NCBI RefSeq assembly: GCF_020745735.1
Contig: NC_083410.1
Location: forward strand, 54,100,117 to 54,164,116
DNA: 64,000 nucleotides
Direction: 5' to 3'
DNA from: Hemiscyllium ocellatum
Taxonomy: Eukaryota
The notes beneath the pieces are model-generated. The model was not told the DNA's origin. It ran no database searches and was given only the letters and a program-made list of their open reading frames with translations. The position numbers and the translations under genes were made by a program. Shown here one piece after another: positions 25,817 to 38,680 of this stretch; position 1 is the stretch's first letter, and every line of letters begins with the position of its first letter.

Positions 25817-26012
25817 CAAAACAGAAATTGCTGGAGAAACTCAGCACGTCAGGCAGCAGAGAAAGCACAGTTAATGTTATCACTCTGATGAAGAGTCACT
25901 GGACTCAAAAGGTTAGCTCTGCTTTCTTCCCATGGATGCTGCCTGTCCAGCTGAGTTTCTCCAGTAATTTCTGTTTTCGTTTCTGATCTCCAACATCTGC
26001 AATTCTTTGTGT
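25817..26012. mobile_element. Inverted Penelope pLTR unit (older family)
   Basis: aaaacagaaattgctggagaaactcagc ... gctgagtttctccagtaatttctgtttt. Core CTGATGAAGAGTC-ACTG-GACTC-AAAAGGTT. Confidence 0.8.
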
Positions 26013-26014
26013 TA

Positions 26015-27290
26015 TTATATAGGTTGGGGAATTTGGAAGCAACATGGAAATTTGGTGCAGAGTGGAAGGAGATGCATTTTGTTTGTCTTTTTGGCTTTAA
26101 ATTGTGAGGGCTTTTTTACAGGATAAAATGAAGCCCAGGATAAGGGGCCCAGCAGAAAAGAAAGCATAACATTGTAGGGAAACTGCTAGTTCATTTGTTG
26201 GTAAGAGTTACTAATCTATTACAAGTTGAAGGCAAATAGGGGAAATTCCTATAGATTACAAACTAAAAGACCTGTAAGATTTAAACAAAATCATGTTAAG
26301 AACTAAGTAAATGAAACAGAGATGTAAGATGGGCAAACATGTTGTACCTGCAGCAGGTGGGAGCTTGTGGATTCATAACAATCACATCTGGAGCAAGAGT
26401 TGATTGCTTGAGGAATTCTAGCTCAGAGTCAGTGAGCTGGAGTCTGAGCTTCAAAGACCGCAACATATCAGGGAGGGGCAGAGTTACCAGGATGCAGTGC
26501 TCAGGAGGCAGACACACCCTTTAGATTAACTACCTCAAATTCAGTCAGTGGTCAGGGATGGGCAAGTGTGACTATGAACAGGGCAGGTAGAGGGGTCCAG
26601 AATGTAGTATTGAAGGAATCCTTACCTTTCATTTGGCTAACAGATTTAACACTTGCTCCCTGTGAGGATGGATGACAGTGGGGGCTGTAGGGAGGATGAA
26701 CAAATTGACCATAGTACTGTGGCACAGGGAGCAATTTCAGAGGGGTCAGAAAAGAGAAATATAATTATAATTGTGGATAGTATAACCAGGAGAATATACA
26801 CTGTTCCTTGAGGCCAGGATCAAGAGTCCCAAAGGCTGTGCTGTCTGGCTGGTGTCTGGGTTCAGGATATCTCATCTGAGTTGCAAAGGAACTTGGAGTG
26901 GGAGGGGAAAGATCCAATTGTTGTGATCTACATAGGTTCAATGATGTAGGTGGAAAGAGGAAACACATTCTGCTGAGAAAGTATGAACAGCTAGGGGCTT
27001 TTTTTAAAAGCAGAACGGAAAGGGGAGAATCATCTCTGGATTACTATCTGAGCCACGAGCAAATTGGCACAGGGTCAATAAGATTAAATAAGTAAATGCG
27101 TGTCTCAAAGATTACTGTGGGAGAAACCGGTTCGAATTCATGGGAATTAGCACCAGCACTGGGGAAGGAGGGAGCTGCTCCAGTGGGATAGACTTCACGT
27201 GAAGCATGCTGGGAGCAGAATCCTGGGGAATGGCACAACTAGGGTTGTAGACATGGCTTTGAACGAAATAGTGGGGGATGGGTTCAGTTG
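26015..27290 (+). mobile_element. CR1 5' region and ORF1 remnant with SGNH esterase domain
   Basis: CTCSRWE zinc-finger start, IIVDSITR (GDS block), VLSG..VQDISS, DPIVVIYIGSMM (GxND block). Confidence 0.8.
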
Positions 27291-27299
27291 CAAAAAAAT

Positions 27300-28225
27300 A
27301 ACATGATCATCTGCACTTCTGCTACTTCCAATGCAATGCCATCACTAGACTTGTATTATCCTCCCCTCTGTTGTCTGCCTTCCTCAGGAACCATTCCTTT
27401 TCAGGAACCCTGGTCTACTCCTCCTCTACTTCCAACACCACGCCACACCACCATGGCATCTTCCGATGTAATGGCAGAAAGTGTAACATCTGTCAGTTTA
27501 CTTCCTTCCTCCAAATATCCATGGCCCCAGACATACCTTCCAGATGTAGCAATAATTTACCCACACTTCACTCAATCTAGTCTGCTGTGTTCACTGCTCA
27601 CAATGTGGTCTCCTCTACACTGGGGAGACGAAGCGCAAAATGGGCAACCATTTTGCAGAACACCTATGTTCTGCCTGCAAAAATGACCCTGAACTTCCAG
27701 TTGTCTGCCACTTCAACACACCATTTTCCCTGGTCAACACCTCTGTCTCAAGCTTGCTGCAGTGCTCCAGTGAAGCTCAGTGCAAGCTGAAAGAACAGCA
27801 CCTCATTTGGAAACTCTGCAGCCTTTTGGACTCAATGGTGAGTTCATAACTTCAGGGCTGGAGCCCACCTTCTCTCATGTCCTTACCCTAATCTCCACAC
27901 TCTAAGTCTTGTCATCACATGAGCTATTACTACAAGCAATCCATTGCCAGAGACTAATGGTACCCAATAGCAACTATTCATTCACCCAGACTGACCTTTA
28001 TCCATTCTTTTGTCTACCAGATTACTTTTCTCTCCCTCTGGGTTCTATCTCCACCTATCAATTATCCTTTCCCCACCCCTTCTTTAGATATATGCCAACA
28101 TTTTGCAAGCTACAATCAGTTCTGAGGAAGAGTCACTGAACTCGAAAGGTTAATTCTGCTTTATCTTTGCAGATGCCGTCAGACTGATGAGTTTTTTTCC
28201 AGCAATTTTGATTTTTATTTCAGAT
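27300..28225 (+). mobile_element. Neptune-type Penelope 3' fragment
   Basis: GIFRCNGRKCNICQF..CSQCGLLYTGETKR..GNHFAEHL..PVVCHFN. pLTR core CTGAGGAAGAGTC..ACTCGAAAGGTT at about 28123-28151. Confidence 0.9.
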
Positions 28226-28261
28226 AACAGGGTTGTTAGTTATGTTTGCTCAGTGTTTTTA

Positions 28262-29120
28262 TTTAGTGAAGAAGGCATTTGGTATGCTTGCCATAATGGA
28301 CAATAAGTGAGGATTGCAGATGCTGGAGATCAGACTGGAAAAGCACAGCAGGTCAGGCAGCATTTGAGGAGCAGGAGAATCAACATTTTAGGTATAAGAC
28401 CTTCATCAGGAATTCTGATGAAGGACTTATGCCTGAAACATCAATTCTCCTGCTCCTTGGATGTCACTTGACCTGCTGTGCTTTTCCAGTACCATACTCT
28501 TGACCTTTTATTGGACAGTGCATTGAGTGTAGGTATTGGGAGGTCATGCTGCAGCTGGACAAGACATTGGTTAGTTCACTTTTGGAATATTGAGTGCAGT
28601 TCTAGGCTCCCTGCTATAAGAAGGATGTTGTGAAACTTTAACGGGTTCAGAAAAGATTTACACGGATGTTGCCAGAGTTGGAGGATTTAAGCTGTCGGGA
28701 GAGACTGAATAGATTGGGGCTATTTTCCCTAGAGTGTCAGAGGCTGAGGGGTGACTGTATTGAGGTTTATAAATCATGAGGGGCATGGAGACAGTAAATA
28801 GGCAAAGTCCTTTTCCAAGGTTGGGGAAGTTGGGCCAAGAGGGCAAAGGTCGGAGGGGAAAAGCTTAAAATAGATCTTAGGGACATCTTTTTAATGCAAA
28901 GGGTGGTGCATATATGTAATGAGCTGCCAGAGGAAGTGGTGGAGGCTGGTACAATTACAACATTTAAAAGGCATCTGGATGGGTATATGAATAGGAAGGG
29001 TTTGGAGCGATATGAGCCAAATGCTGGCACATGGGTTTAGATTTATTTCGGATATCCAGTCGACTTGGATAAGTTGGACAGAAGGGTCTGTTTCAGTGCT
29101 GTCTATCTCTCTGACTCTGT
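28262..29120 (+). mobile_element. CR1 3' fragment interrupted by a fold-back Penelope pLTR
   Basis: KKAFGMLA, LEY*VQF*AP, RLRGD, and 3' UTR ending tctctgactctgtga. Confidence 0.9.
28305..28504. mobile_element. Fold-back Penelope pLTR unit
   Basis: Inverted repeat centred on cttcatcaggaattctgatgaag (about 28401-28423), with hammerhead cores on both strands. Confidence 0.85.
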
Positions 29121-29269
29121 GAACTCTGTCGCTATTTGTTTTGAAAGGAAATGGAAACAATTCCATTTTTGTTTCCTAAATCCCTTCAGTTTAACAGTGG
29201 CAAGGTATGGAAAATAAACTATCTACTAAGAGTCTCCATTAATAGCTATTTATACTCCCTAGTCAGATC

Positions 29270-29540
29270 TTTATCCATTCCTTTGTATGTCCAACTATTC
29301 TTCTCTCTCTTTTCATTCAATCCCCACCTATCATTTACTCCTTCCCCTCTTCCCCACTCTACCTTCTGCAGATAAACCAACATTATTCCAGCTACCACCA
29401 ATTCTGTGGAAAGGTCGCTGGACCCAAAACTTAAACTCCGATCACTCTCCACAGATACTGCCAGATCTATTGAGTTTATCCAGCAATTTCTGTTTTTGTT
29501 TCTGATATATAGCGTCTGCAGCTCTTGCAGTTTTTATTTA
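29270..29540 (+). mobile_element. Penelope pLTR remnant
   Basis: Similar to 28000-28225. Confidence 0.7.
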
Positions 29541-29799
29541 TGGAAAATTAACAGCTGCTCTGACTCATCCTGCACATCCAAGTTTCCGGCTGCTATTTTA
29601 ACTCTTCCTTGTTAAGTAGTTGATTTTCGTGAAGTTCTAAAAAATGTACTAAGTCTCAGTTCTGACACCATGTTTCATGTAACATGTTTAATGGCAGTCA
29701 CAAATAAATTGCAAGAACCTGCTACAGAGATAAAGTTTATGTGACTACAACAAGCCAGCTGTACATAATGTACCTGCGTATTTCTCCAAACATGGATAA

Positions 29800-30625
29800 C
29801 AATTTACTTGATTCTTCCTTTTCCAGTTAAGAGCAGAGGCTGTAAGATGGTGGTGAAGTACCAGGACTGCATGCCAGTTCTTGCCCGGGGCCCATCTGCT
29901 CCCATCTGCTTTTCTCCCTTGTTTCACTTTTGCTTCTGATCTTTTCTTTCACTTCATTTTCCCTTTCTTCTGGTCTTTTTTTCCTTTTTTCTGTGGTGAG
30001 TTGGTTGGCAGCACCAACACTACAGTGAGTATGGGTCACTTGCGGAATGGCGGGCATGGCCGCTCCCGCCATTTGGGACCAGTGGCAATGGCAGCAAAAA
30101 TCCTCCAGCGATCAGGGACAGCAACACCAGCACCAGCCGACTTTTCAAAATGGAGACACCAACAAGGCAACATGTGCAGCTGAATTGGGGCATGCGGCCC
30201 AGCGCCAGCCTGGCCTAGCAGTGGAACCAGGGCCTCTTGATTGCACGGCGAGTTTGGGTAAAGTGGCATCAGTGAAGTGGGCACTGTTGTAAAGAGGTGG
30301 CACCTAAAATGGGGTGACTCCTACATCAGTGGGTCCGGCGCAGACAGGAGTGAAGCAATAGAGGTCTCCCTTGATGAACTGGGTCGGAAAGACAGGTTTT
30401 CTGAACCTTTTACTTCTTTTTTTCCTAGATTATTCCTATGACTATAAAGCCAAACTAATTATTTCTTTTTCTGATTTTCTAATTTTCTTTTGTTTCTTAA
30501 GAATTTGATCTTAAAAATCTGTACCTAGGTACCTTTGTGCCTAAGTGGTGCTGTAATGCAATGATAGTAAACCTTTCACTGTACTCACTTGAGTACATGT
30601 GACAGTAAAGCTAATTCAGTTCATG
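29800..30625 (+). mobile_element. Non-coding element with Rex1/Babar-like 3' tail
   Basis: GC-richer body ending tttcactgtactcacttgagtacatgtgacagtaaagctaattcagttca, which resembles recalled Rex1/Babar LINE tails. Confidence 0.5.
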
Positions 30626-30802
30626 TTTTGTTGCATTTTATTCTGCAATGTAAATAAAGTACCAAACAAACTTTTTTTTTAGTAAGATAAAAGTGTTTAC
30701 ATTTGCTCATATTAATATCAATATTAGAGAAAAAAACTCTCAAGTTCTATATAACACAAACATTGTTGTTTTCTGTCATTGCCAGTGATGACAGAACTGA
30801 GA

Positions 30803-32420
30803 CCGGTATGGTGGCTCAGTGCTTAGCACTGCTGCCTCACAGCACCAGCGGCCTGGGTTTGATTCCTGCCTTCGGCCACTGACTGTGTAGAGTTTGCACA
30901 TTGCTGGACTCAATTATAAAGGATGAAATTACGACACATCTGGATAGCAGTAACAGGATAGGTCAGAGTCAGCATGGATTTATGAAGGGGAAATCATGCT
31001 TGACTAATCTTTTGGAATTTTTTGAGGATGCAACTCTGAAAATGGACAAGGGAGATCCAGTGTACTGGACTTTCAAACAGCCTTTGATAAAGTCCCACAT
31101 AGGAGGCTAGTGAGCAAAATTAGGGCACATGGTATTGGGGGCAAAATACTGACTTGGATTGAAAATTGGTTGGCTGACAGGAAACAAAGAGTAGTGACAA
31201 ATGGCTCCCTTTCAGAATGGCAGGTAGAGATTAGTGGGGTACCGCAGGGATCAGTGCTGGGACCACAGCTCTTTACAATATACATTAACGATATAGATGA
31301 TGATATTAAAAGTAATATTAGCAAATTTGCTGATGATACAAATCAGCGTGGCAGGGTGAAATGTGAGGCAGGTGTAAGGAGATTACAGGGTGACCTGGAC
31401 AGGTTAGGTGAGTGGACAGATGCATTGCAGATACAGTTTTATGTGGATAAATATGTGGTTATCCACTTTGGTGGCAAGAACAGGAAGGCAGATTACTACC
31501 TAAATGGAGTCAAGTTAGGTAAAGGGGCAGTACAACGCGATCTAGGTATTCTTGTACATCAGTCAATGAAAGCAAGCATGCAGGTACAGCAGTCAGTGAA
31601 GAAAGCTAATAGCATGCTGGCCTTCATAACAAGGGGAATTGTATATAGAAGCAAAGAGGTTCTTCTGGTGAGACCGCACCTGAAATATTGTGTGCAGTTC
31701 TGGTCTCCAAATTTGAGGAAAGACATTTTGGCTATTGAGGGAGTGCAGTGTAGGTTTACGAGGTCAATTCCTGGAATGGCGGGACTATCTTATGACGAAA
31801 GATTGGAGCCACTGGGCTTGTATACACTTGAATTTAGAAGGCTGAGAGGGGATCTGATTGAGACGTATAAGATTATTAAAGGATTGGACACTCTGGAGGC
31901 ACGAAGCATGTTTCCGCTGATGGATGAGTCCCGAACCAGAGGACACAGCTTAAAAATACAGGGTAGACCATTTAGAACAGAGTTGAGGAGAAACGTCTTC
32001 ACCCAGAGAGTGGTGATTGTGTGGAATGCTCTGCCCCAGAAGACTGGGGAGGCCAAGTCTCTGGATACTTTCAAGAAAGATAGAGCTCTTAAGGATGATG
32101 GAATCAAGGGGATAAGGCAGGAGCAGTATACTGATTGAGGAATGATCAGCCATGATCATAATGAAAGGTGGTGCTTGCAGAATGGCCTACTCCTCCACCT
32201 ATTGTCTATTGTCTATTGTCCCTTTGTCTGTGTGGATTTCCTCCGGGTGCTCAGGTTTCCTCCCACAGTCCAAAGATGTGCAGGTCAGGTGAATTCCCCA
32301 TAGTGTTAGGTGCATTCGTCAGGGGTAAATGTAAGGGAATGTGTTTGGTGAGTTATTCTTCAGAGGGTCGGTGTGGACTTGTTGGGCCGAAGAACCTGTT
32401 TCATACAGCGGGGAATCTAA
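30803..32420 (+). mobile_element. HE1-like V-SINE split by a CR1 insertion (SINE parts 30803-30902 and 32221-32420)
   Basis: The SINE reads ...gagtttgcacatt, is interrupted, then resumes cctttgtctgtgtggatttcctccggg. Confidence 0.9.
30903..32220 (+). mobile_element. Young 5'-truncated CR1 LINE, RT domain (342-aa ORF at 31110-32138)
   Basis: QHGFMKGKSCLTNLLEFFE, SGVPQGSVLGPQLFTIYINDID, KFADDT, RRLRGDLIETYKI, and a (CTATTGT)3 tail at about 32199-32219. Confidence 0.97.
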
Positions 32421-32994
32421 AGCATATTACTCCCTCTTTAAAGCCTGAAATGATAGGATTTCTAGTAACTTGGGCCCAATTGAGACTTGATGTATTAGTT
32501 GAGGCCAGTACTTGAGTGAATTTAAAAGTAGAAAGGTTAATTATAAGACCAGTGTGATGCAGGTCAATAATAGTAGGAATGAGAGTCTACTTCGCCAGTG
32601 GCAGCTGGGTGCAGGAGAAATTCTTGAAGTGACATCTGCACCCTCCTGTTCAATGCTAACCGGATGTTACCTTGCAGATCCTGCTCATTGCAAAGTTAAT
32701 ACTGGATAGTACCACAATGATCATGTTGGGTTGTACCTCAAAATATTTCTACAAACACCAAATAACTTATTCAAAGGTAATGAACAAAAAAATTATTTAA
32801 CAAAAATCTTTTCTCTTCTTGTGTTAATGATCAACAATGAAACAATAATTACAGATGCTGCTGTGCACACAGTCTGTTCATGGGTGCTGTTTATCACTGA
32901 AATGATTACAACCAAAAAATACAATTGTAAATCTACTTATGTAAATGGAATCACTGGGCCAAACTGATTTGTTTTCAGAATTAAACCTAATTTA

Positions 32995-33490
32995 CTGCAG
33001 GGTGTAATGGTAATGTCAGTGAACTAGGAATCAGGAAGCCCAGGCTCATTCACTGGGGACATGAGATATCTGTGCTGATGCGTCATCTAGACTTGAACCA
33101 TTAGCTTGCTCTCTCTCTGTAGATGCTGTCTGATCTTCTGTGATTTACAGCATTTTTTGTTTTCAGTACAGATTGCAGGATCTGTAGTAATTTTCTCCAA
33201 CATGGGATAGCAGCAGTTAGAATATAAATTCAGTTATTATATCTGGAATTGAATGCTCGTTTCATTTATGGTGGCCATGAAACTATTGTTGATTGTTTAA
33301 AGACCCATCTTGTTCACTCAATTTCTTTTAGGGGAGGAAATCTGCTCTCCTTGCCCAGGCTGGTTTAAGTAATTCTAAACCCATGCCAATGTGGTTGATT
33401 CTTAACCTGGTTCTGAAATTTCTCAGAATGACAATCCAATGAAGGGTGATGGCCAATTAATGCTGACCTTGCCAGTGTCATCCACATGAA
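32995..33490 (+). mobile_element. SacSINE1-like (Deu-domain) SINE with nested Penelope pLTR piece (33069-33199)
   Basis: Matches gtaatggtaatgtc..ccatgaaactattgttgattg..acccatcttgttcact..ggaaatctgc. TSD ACATG(A/G)GATA at 33059-33068 and 33200-33209. Confidence 0.8.
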
Positions 33491-33756
33491 ACAAAAGTGC
33501 ACAAAAGGACTTACTACATTTCTGAAAAGGCAAAGAGATTCTGTAACTCTTATAGGATGAGGAGACTAAACCACAAAATCCTCAATGCGGAAATTATATG
33601 CAGGCAACATTTGATTTCATTTTTCATCTAGATTGTAAATCAGAACCTAAGGTGTGGGTTAAGATCTTACCCCTTTCTTTCAAAGCAAAGGCTATTTTCA
33701 AATAATTGGTTGCACATCTTGTTCAAAAGTTGTCTTAGTTCATAACATAAGTTTTG

Positions 33757-34067
33757 GGGCAGCACGCTGGCTCAGTGGTTAGTACTAATGCCTCACAGCG
33801 CCAGAGACCGGGGCTCAATTCTAGCCTCGGGTGACTGTCTGTGTGGAGTTTGCACATTCTCGCTGTAGCTGCGTGGGTTTCCTCCGAGTACTCCAATTTC
33901 CACGTGCAATCCAAAGATGTGCAGTTTAGGTGAATTGGCCATGCTAAATTGCCTATAGTGTTCAGGGATGTGTAGGTTAGATGCATCAGTCAGTTGTAAT
34001 TATTGAGAATGGGTTGGTGTGGACTTGTTGGGCTGAAAGGTCTGTTTTCACACTGTAGGGATTCTAC
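33757..34067 (+). mobile_element. HE1-like V-SINE
   Basis: A and B boxes, V-core, and tail ending tagggattcta. Confidence 0.9.
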
Positions 34068-34094
34068 AATATGTCTATTTAATACAATATGTAA

Positions 34095-34410
34095 GGTGGC
34101 CCCGTTTGTCAACCACAAAAATAATTTTCTGGGGGTGGCTGTAAGAGGAGCTGCCGATAAAGGGAGGGTTTTGTGTGGTGTGGTGAGGTTGGGATAGGTG
34201 AACACAGGTAGAGGGTTATGACCTGGTTGGCTGATGAGAGGAATGAATCTGGTTGGTAGCTGAAAAGAAGATTCGGTCAGTGGAATGGAATGTGGGGGGG
34301 TGGGGTGGGGGGGGGCTGGAAAGGGACTCAGGGGATAGGAAGGGACATTATTTGAAATTGGAGTGATCAATGGTGAATCTGCTGGGCCATAGGCTGCCCA
34401 GGCAGAAGAA
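34095..34410 (-). mobile_element. Neptune-type Penelope 3' fragment
   Basis: Reverse complement gives ttctgcctgggcagcctatggcccagcagattcaccattga (FCLGSLWPSRFTI) followed by a C-rich UTR. Confidence 0.7.
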
Positions 34411-35289
34411 CGTAAGAAAACATAGTGGGTGCTGCTTTAGGCATGCTTCAGTATTAACCCATTCAGACCCATATACAGTATTGGATCTCACGATAAATCT
34501 TTATAAAACAAATTAATTTCTGTTTTTATTAATCTTCATTCTTAATCTATACAGTTTTAGGCAATTATTTTGAAATTAGAATAATTAAATGTTTTAACAG
34601 TTCAAATGGAATATAATTTTATTTTCTCTCTCTGGAATTTACCTTGTTTATTTTTTCAAATTTCTTTCTCAGTAGTTATTCTTGTAAGCTACATCTATCT
34701 CCTGATGAAAGCAAGACAGTCAGCTTAACTTATCAAATGCAGAAGGAGCGCGAGCCAAGCAATTATATTTTACACGGAACAATTTCAGAGATATTTTTTA
34801 GACACTCTTATCCCTAGAGTCTGGCAGTCTTGGCAGAAAACTAATCCAAAGCATTGCTTCAGTCACCAAAGCAGCCAATCATTATCCTAAAACTGACAAG
34901 AAGCAGATCTACAGATCCTTACCTAATTACAGGATAGATGTCTTCAAAAGACTGAATACAGCCATTTTAGAAATGTAACTTTTTCATTTTGTTAACAATT
35001 TATTTGGCTTTAAATTATTTCTAACTTGGATGAATACGTGACAAGGTATTTCAAACTCAGTCACAAAACTTCAATAACATTGCAGTAAGTACAAATTCAA
35101 TGTCATTTCTCACAAGAAATGTATCTTCAATAGAACCTAAATATGAAAGGCCAAATTGCAATGTTAACTTCCAAAGTATGATAGAGAATATAAACAAATC
35201 ACAAAATCTCAAACTCGACATGAAGCAATAATTATAATACTGAAAATGTAAATAATCATTTTCTTTGATAACTATTTTATGTTTGAGAA

Positions 35290-35975
35290 TTTGAGAATTG
35301 CTAACGAAAGATACATTTTGCCAAAGCTTTTCATCTTGCACTCATCAGGGTACTTGGCAAGAATACAAATTCAAGGAGAAAAACAAACATTTCTACTGCA
35401 TGAGCAGAGAACGCCGAATGGTTGGCAAGTAGATTCTGACTGGGAGTGGGAATGCCATGGAGAATGCACCCATTAGTGCTGTTTGATAGTTAACAGCCAT
35501 TGCAATTGAATTACATTTGCTGGATAATCCTGAATTTACAAAGAATTATGCTGACAACAAGTTTAGGATTGTCAATCAGGCTCACAGTATATTCTACCTG
35601 CATATACTGGACCTATGTATATATTAATACATAGGTCTGATCATACAAACAGAAAAAACATGCTACACCTGTTTTAACTCAACAAAACAGGTACAGCCAT
35701 TTGCTGGTTCATTTCACAGGTCCATACTTCGACCAGTTAGAGTTAATCTGTCTTATTTAAAATTTACCAAAGCCTGGCCGTTAACCATCAATCAGAATTA
35801 ATGAATTCATTCTCTATGGCAAGACTTCTAACAATCAGAGTCCAGTTGCCAACAAATTAGCTTTCTCTTCTAATGCAAGTTAGATGTCTTTCCACTGGAA
35901 TTTATAGTTATGACAATTTGCAAGATACGTTAATAAAAATCTTCAGCAAAAGGTTTGCTTTTTCAGCAATATTTT
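35290..35975. mobile_element. Old Penelope element with inverted pLTRs (fourth family)
   Basis: 35295-35500 is inversely similar to 35770-35970. Minus strand CCTGATGAGTGCAAGATGAAAAGCTT at about 35325-35350. Confidence 0.65.
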
Positions 35976-36374
35976 ATGATTATGATAGGACCAAGTACTA
36001 AGGAACCAAGCATTTCATCTTACAAAGGCCTTATGCAATGAAATGCAGAAAACTAATGTATAATGAAGCACTTTTTAAATATAATTTGGTCGGAAAACCA
36101 TTTAATTCTAACCAACAGCTATAAATAAATTGTATTGATTCCAAAAATAACTCTATTTATTGATATCCCTACCATCCCAATTACTTGCTATATTCTTGCT
36201 CTGAATCTCCTCTACCATAATTACAGACCTACATTTTTCCAGGTCCTACCTCGAGGTGATTCTGTAATCTGAAGTTAGCCAAAGAACTCAATTTAACAGG
36301 AATTATTAAGAATGACCTTTGTTATCAGTACTCTACGTACTTGATTTTAGTTCTTTGTTTCCCCAGTGGAAAAG

Positions 36375-36702
36375 AATCATAGAATCCCTACAGTGCATAA
36401 AGAGGTTGTTAGGCCCATCAAGTCTGCACAGAGCTTCCAAAGGCCCTATCTCCATAACCCTGCATTTACCATGGCTAATCCACCTGCCCTACACATCCTG
36501 TGACACTACAGGGCAATTTGGCATGACCAAACCAGTTAACTGAACATCTTTGGACTGTGGGAGAAAATTGGAAAACCCAGAGGAAACCCACGCACACATG
36601 GGGAGAACATGCAACTTCCAAACAGTCACCCAAGGGTGGAATAAAAACCAGGTCCCTGGCTCTGTGAGGAAGCAGTGCTAATCACTGCGCCACCATACTA
36701 GC
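36375..36702 (-). mobile_element. HE1-like V-SINE
   Basis: Reverse complement of the SINE: gaatcatagaatccctacag ... gaggaaacccacgc ... agcagtgcta. Confidence 0.9.
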
Positions 36703-37639
36703 CTCAAAGTAATCTGACAGTGTATCCAAGTGATGACAGCTTGAAAAGTAGAAGACTGCAAAACTGCTGACAGTATTTCAGAGGGCCACATTGAGTGACC
36801 TCAAGCAAGTGCCAGTATTAACAAACTGGCTGCAGAAGGCAGCCTCCTTACATAGGTCAGGGCTGTTATTCTCACTAACAACAGTACTAACGGGACAGGC
36901 GTCCAAAAGGTATTGTTTCCACCTTGAGGCAGAGGAAGACATGCAGCTGAAGCTACACGTCAGCATTCCTGCAGTTCTGCCAGAGACTAGAATACAGGAA
37001 ATATGTAAATCATCTGGTAGTTTCTTTAGCCAGTGATACCCAGAAACAAACTTACAAAATGTGAGACTTGTGGAAGCTGTCAGCAGAAGTTATTACTGTT
37101 CATCCACTGACTTCTTCACAAAGATGACCAATCACTTTGCACAAAATGGTTTCCATACTCTGTACAGATCTTAGACGTAATTTGTAAATCAAATCTACCA
37201 GGCTCTGAACTATTGCACACAAAATCAAGCAATCATTTCTTAATCTATTGCCAATTGAAGGTTTGTCCAGTGATAGCAAAATCCAATTTCTCTACAGCAA
37301 AAGTAATTTATGATCTTCTGTTTTAGCAAATAGGGGAATATATGGCACTTCTCTCCTGCTCTAGAACCTGTATATTTGCATTCCCCAAATGAAGACCTCT
37401 AATCTAGTCTACCAATTGAAGTACCATTGGCACAGTCCCTGAACTGGTGCTTTACTGAGAAGCAGAATATACTCAATCTGAAATGTCACAATAGTGCTGA
37501 CACCTTCAATAGCTGAAATGAGAGAGGGAAAGCCTTTAGTGTGAATGAGAAGTAGAGATGGATGACTAGCTTCTGAAATCAGCTGCCATTTGTCGTGCAG
37601 AGCATGTATAACAAGATAATACAAAAAAAGAAAAGGATT

Positions 37640-38330
37640 AGACCCAAACTGAGCATCACTGAGCAGGTTATTGCTAAGCTGGTGCTGCCAGATAGCACTG
37701 TTGATGATACCTACCATCACTTTACTGAATATCAAGAGGAGACTGATATGGGCTTAATTGATTGGGTTGGATTTGTCCTGCTTTTTGTGCATAAGGCACA
37801 CCTGTTTTCCACATTGTCAAATAGTTGCAGTGTCGTAGTTCTACTAGAACAGCTCAGTCAAGGGCTGACAACTTCAGGAGTATGCAACTTCAGTACTATT
37901 GCTGGAATGTTGTCAGGATCCACAGCTTTTGTAGAATTCAGTGTCTTTAGCATTATTATCATTTAGATGGAATGAAACTGGCTGAAGATTGGTATTTGTG
38001 ATTTGGTCAAGAATGAGACGGATCCACTCATTCAACGCTTCTGGCTAAAGATTGTTGAGAATGCTTAAGCCTTTCCTCTTTCATTTCATCTCCACAAAAG
38101 TACTGTGCAGTGGTCACTCATCCCAACACTGCCTTGTACAATGCGCGTTTTACAGGCAGATTACTGAGGCTGAGGTCAAGTGCCCTTGTTTGTTCCCTTA
38201 TCACCTACTTCAGATCTGGTCAAGTAGCGATTTCCTTTAGGAATTGGCCAACTCAGTCAGTTCCAAGACTCTCTTGGTGTTGGACACTGAAACCTCCCAC
38301 CAAGAGTGCATTCTATGTCCTTGCCAGCTG
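37640..38330 (-). mobile_element. Fragment of the LINE family at 45760-48240
   Basis: Similar to 47080-47480 (agtactattgctggaat; QHQLSNNLLSDAQFG). Confidence 0.7.
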
Positions 38331-38339
38331 ATCTGATTG

Positions 38340-38680
38340 TCAGTTTCTACAGCAAATGAGCTGACCCAGGGGTCAAAGGAGCATTATATCATGCAGGTGC
38401 AAACAGCTTGCCTGAGTGAATAAGCATTTCAAGGTCAGCTGTGAGAACTGGTTATAGTAGATTCAGGTGAAAGCAGTCCCACTCAGCTAGACAATACAGT
38501 AGAATGACATTGGAAGGGAATAGGCAATGAAACAGTGTCAAAGATTGCAGATAGTTGAGTAGGAGAAGGAGGGAACGTTTACCATTTTCACAGTCACTGT
38601 GTCTTTGAGAAGAGCTATTTGATACTATGAGACAGAAGTGGAAACTTGATTGGAAGAATCAAAGATGGAATTGCAGAAAA
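38340..38680 (-). mobile_element. L2 LINE RT remnant
   Basis: QSSF..DCENGKRSLLLLL..FDTV resembles L2 QSGFR..D.G..SLL.LLDLSAAFDTV. Confidence 0.6.

Noticed and set aside
28262-28290. Two CR1 copies (here and at 44958) truncated near the same KAFG codons
   Set aside because: Only two cases, compatible with chance.
31110-32138. 342-aa ORF considered as a cellular gene
   Set aside because: It is a CR1 reverse transcriptase fragment, 5'-truncated and inside a SINE.
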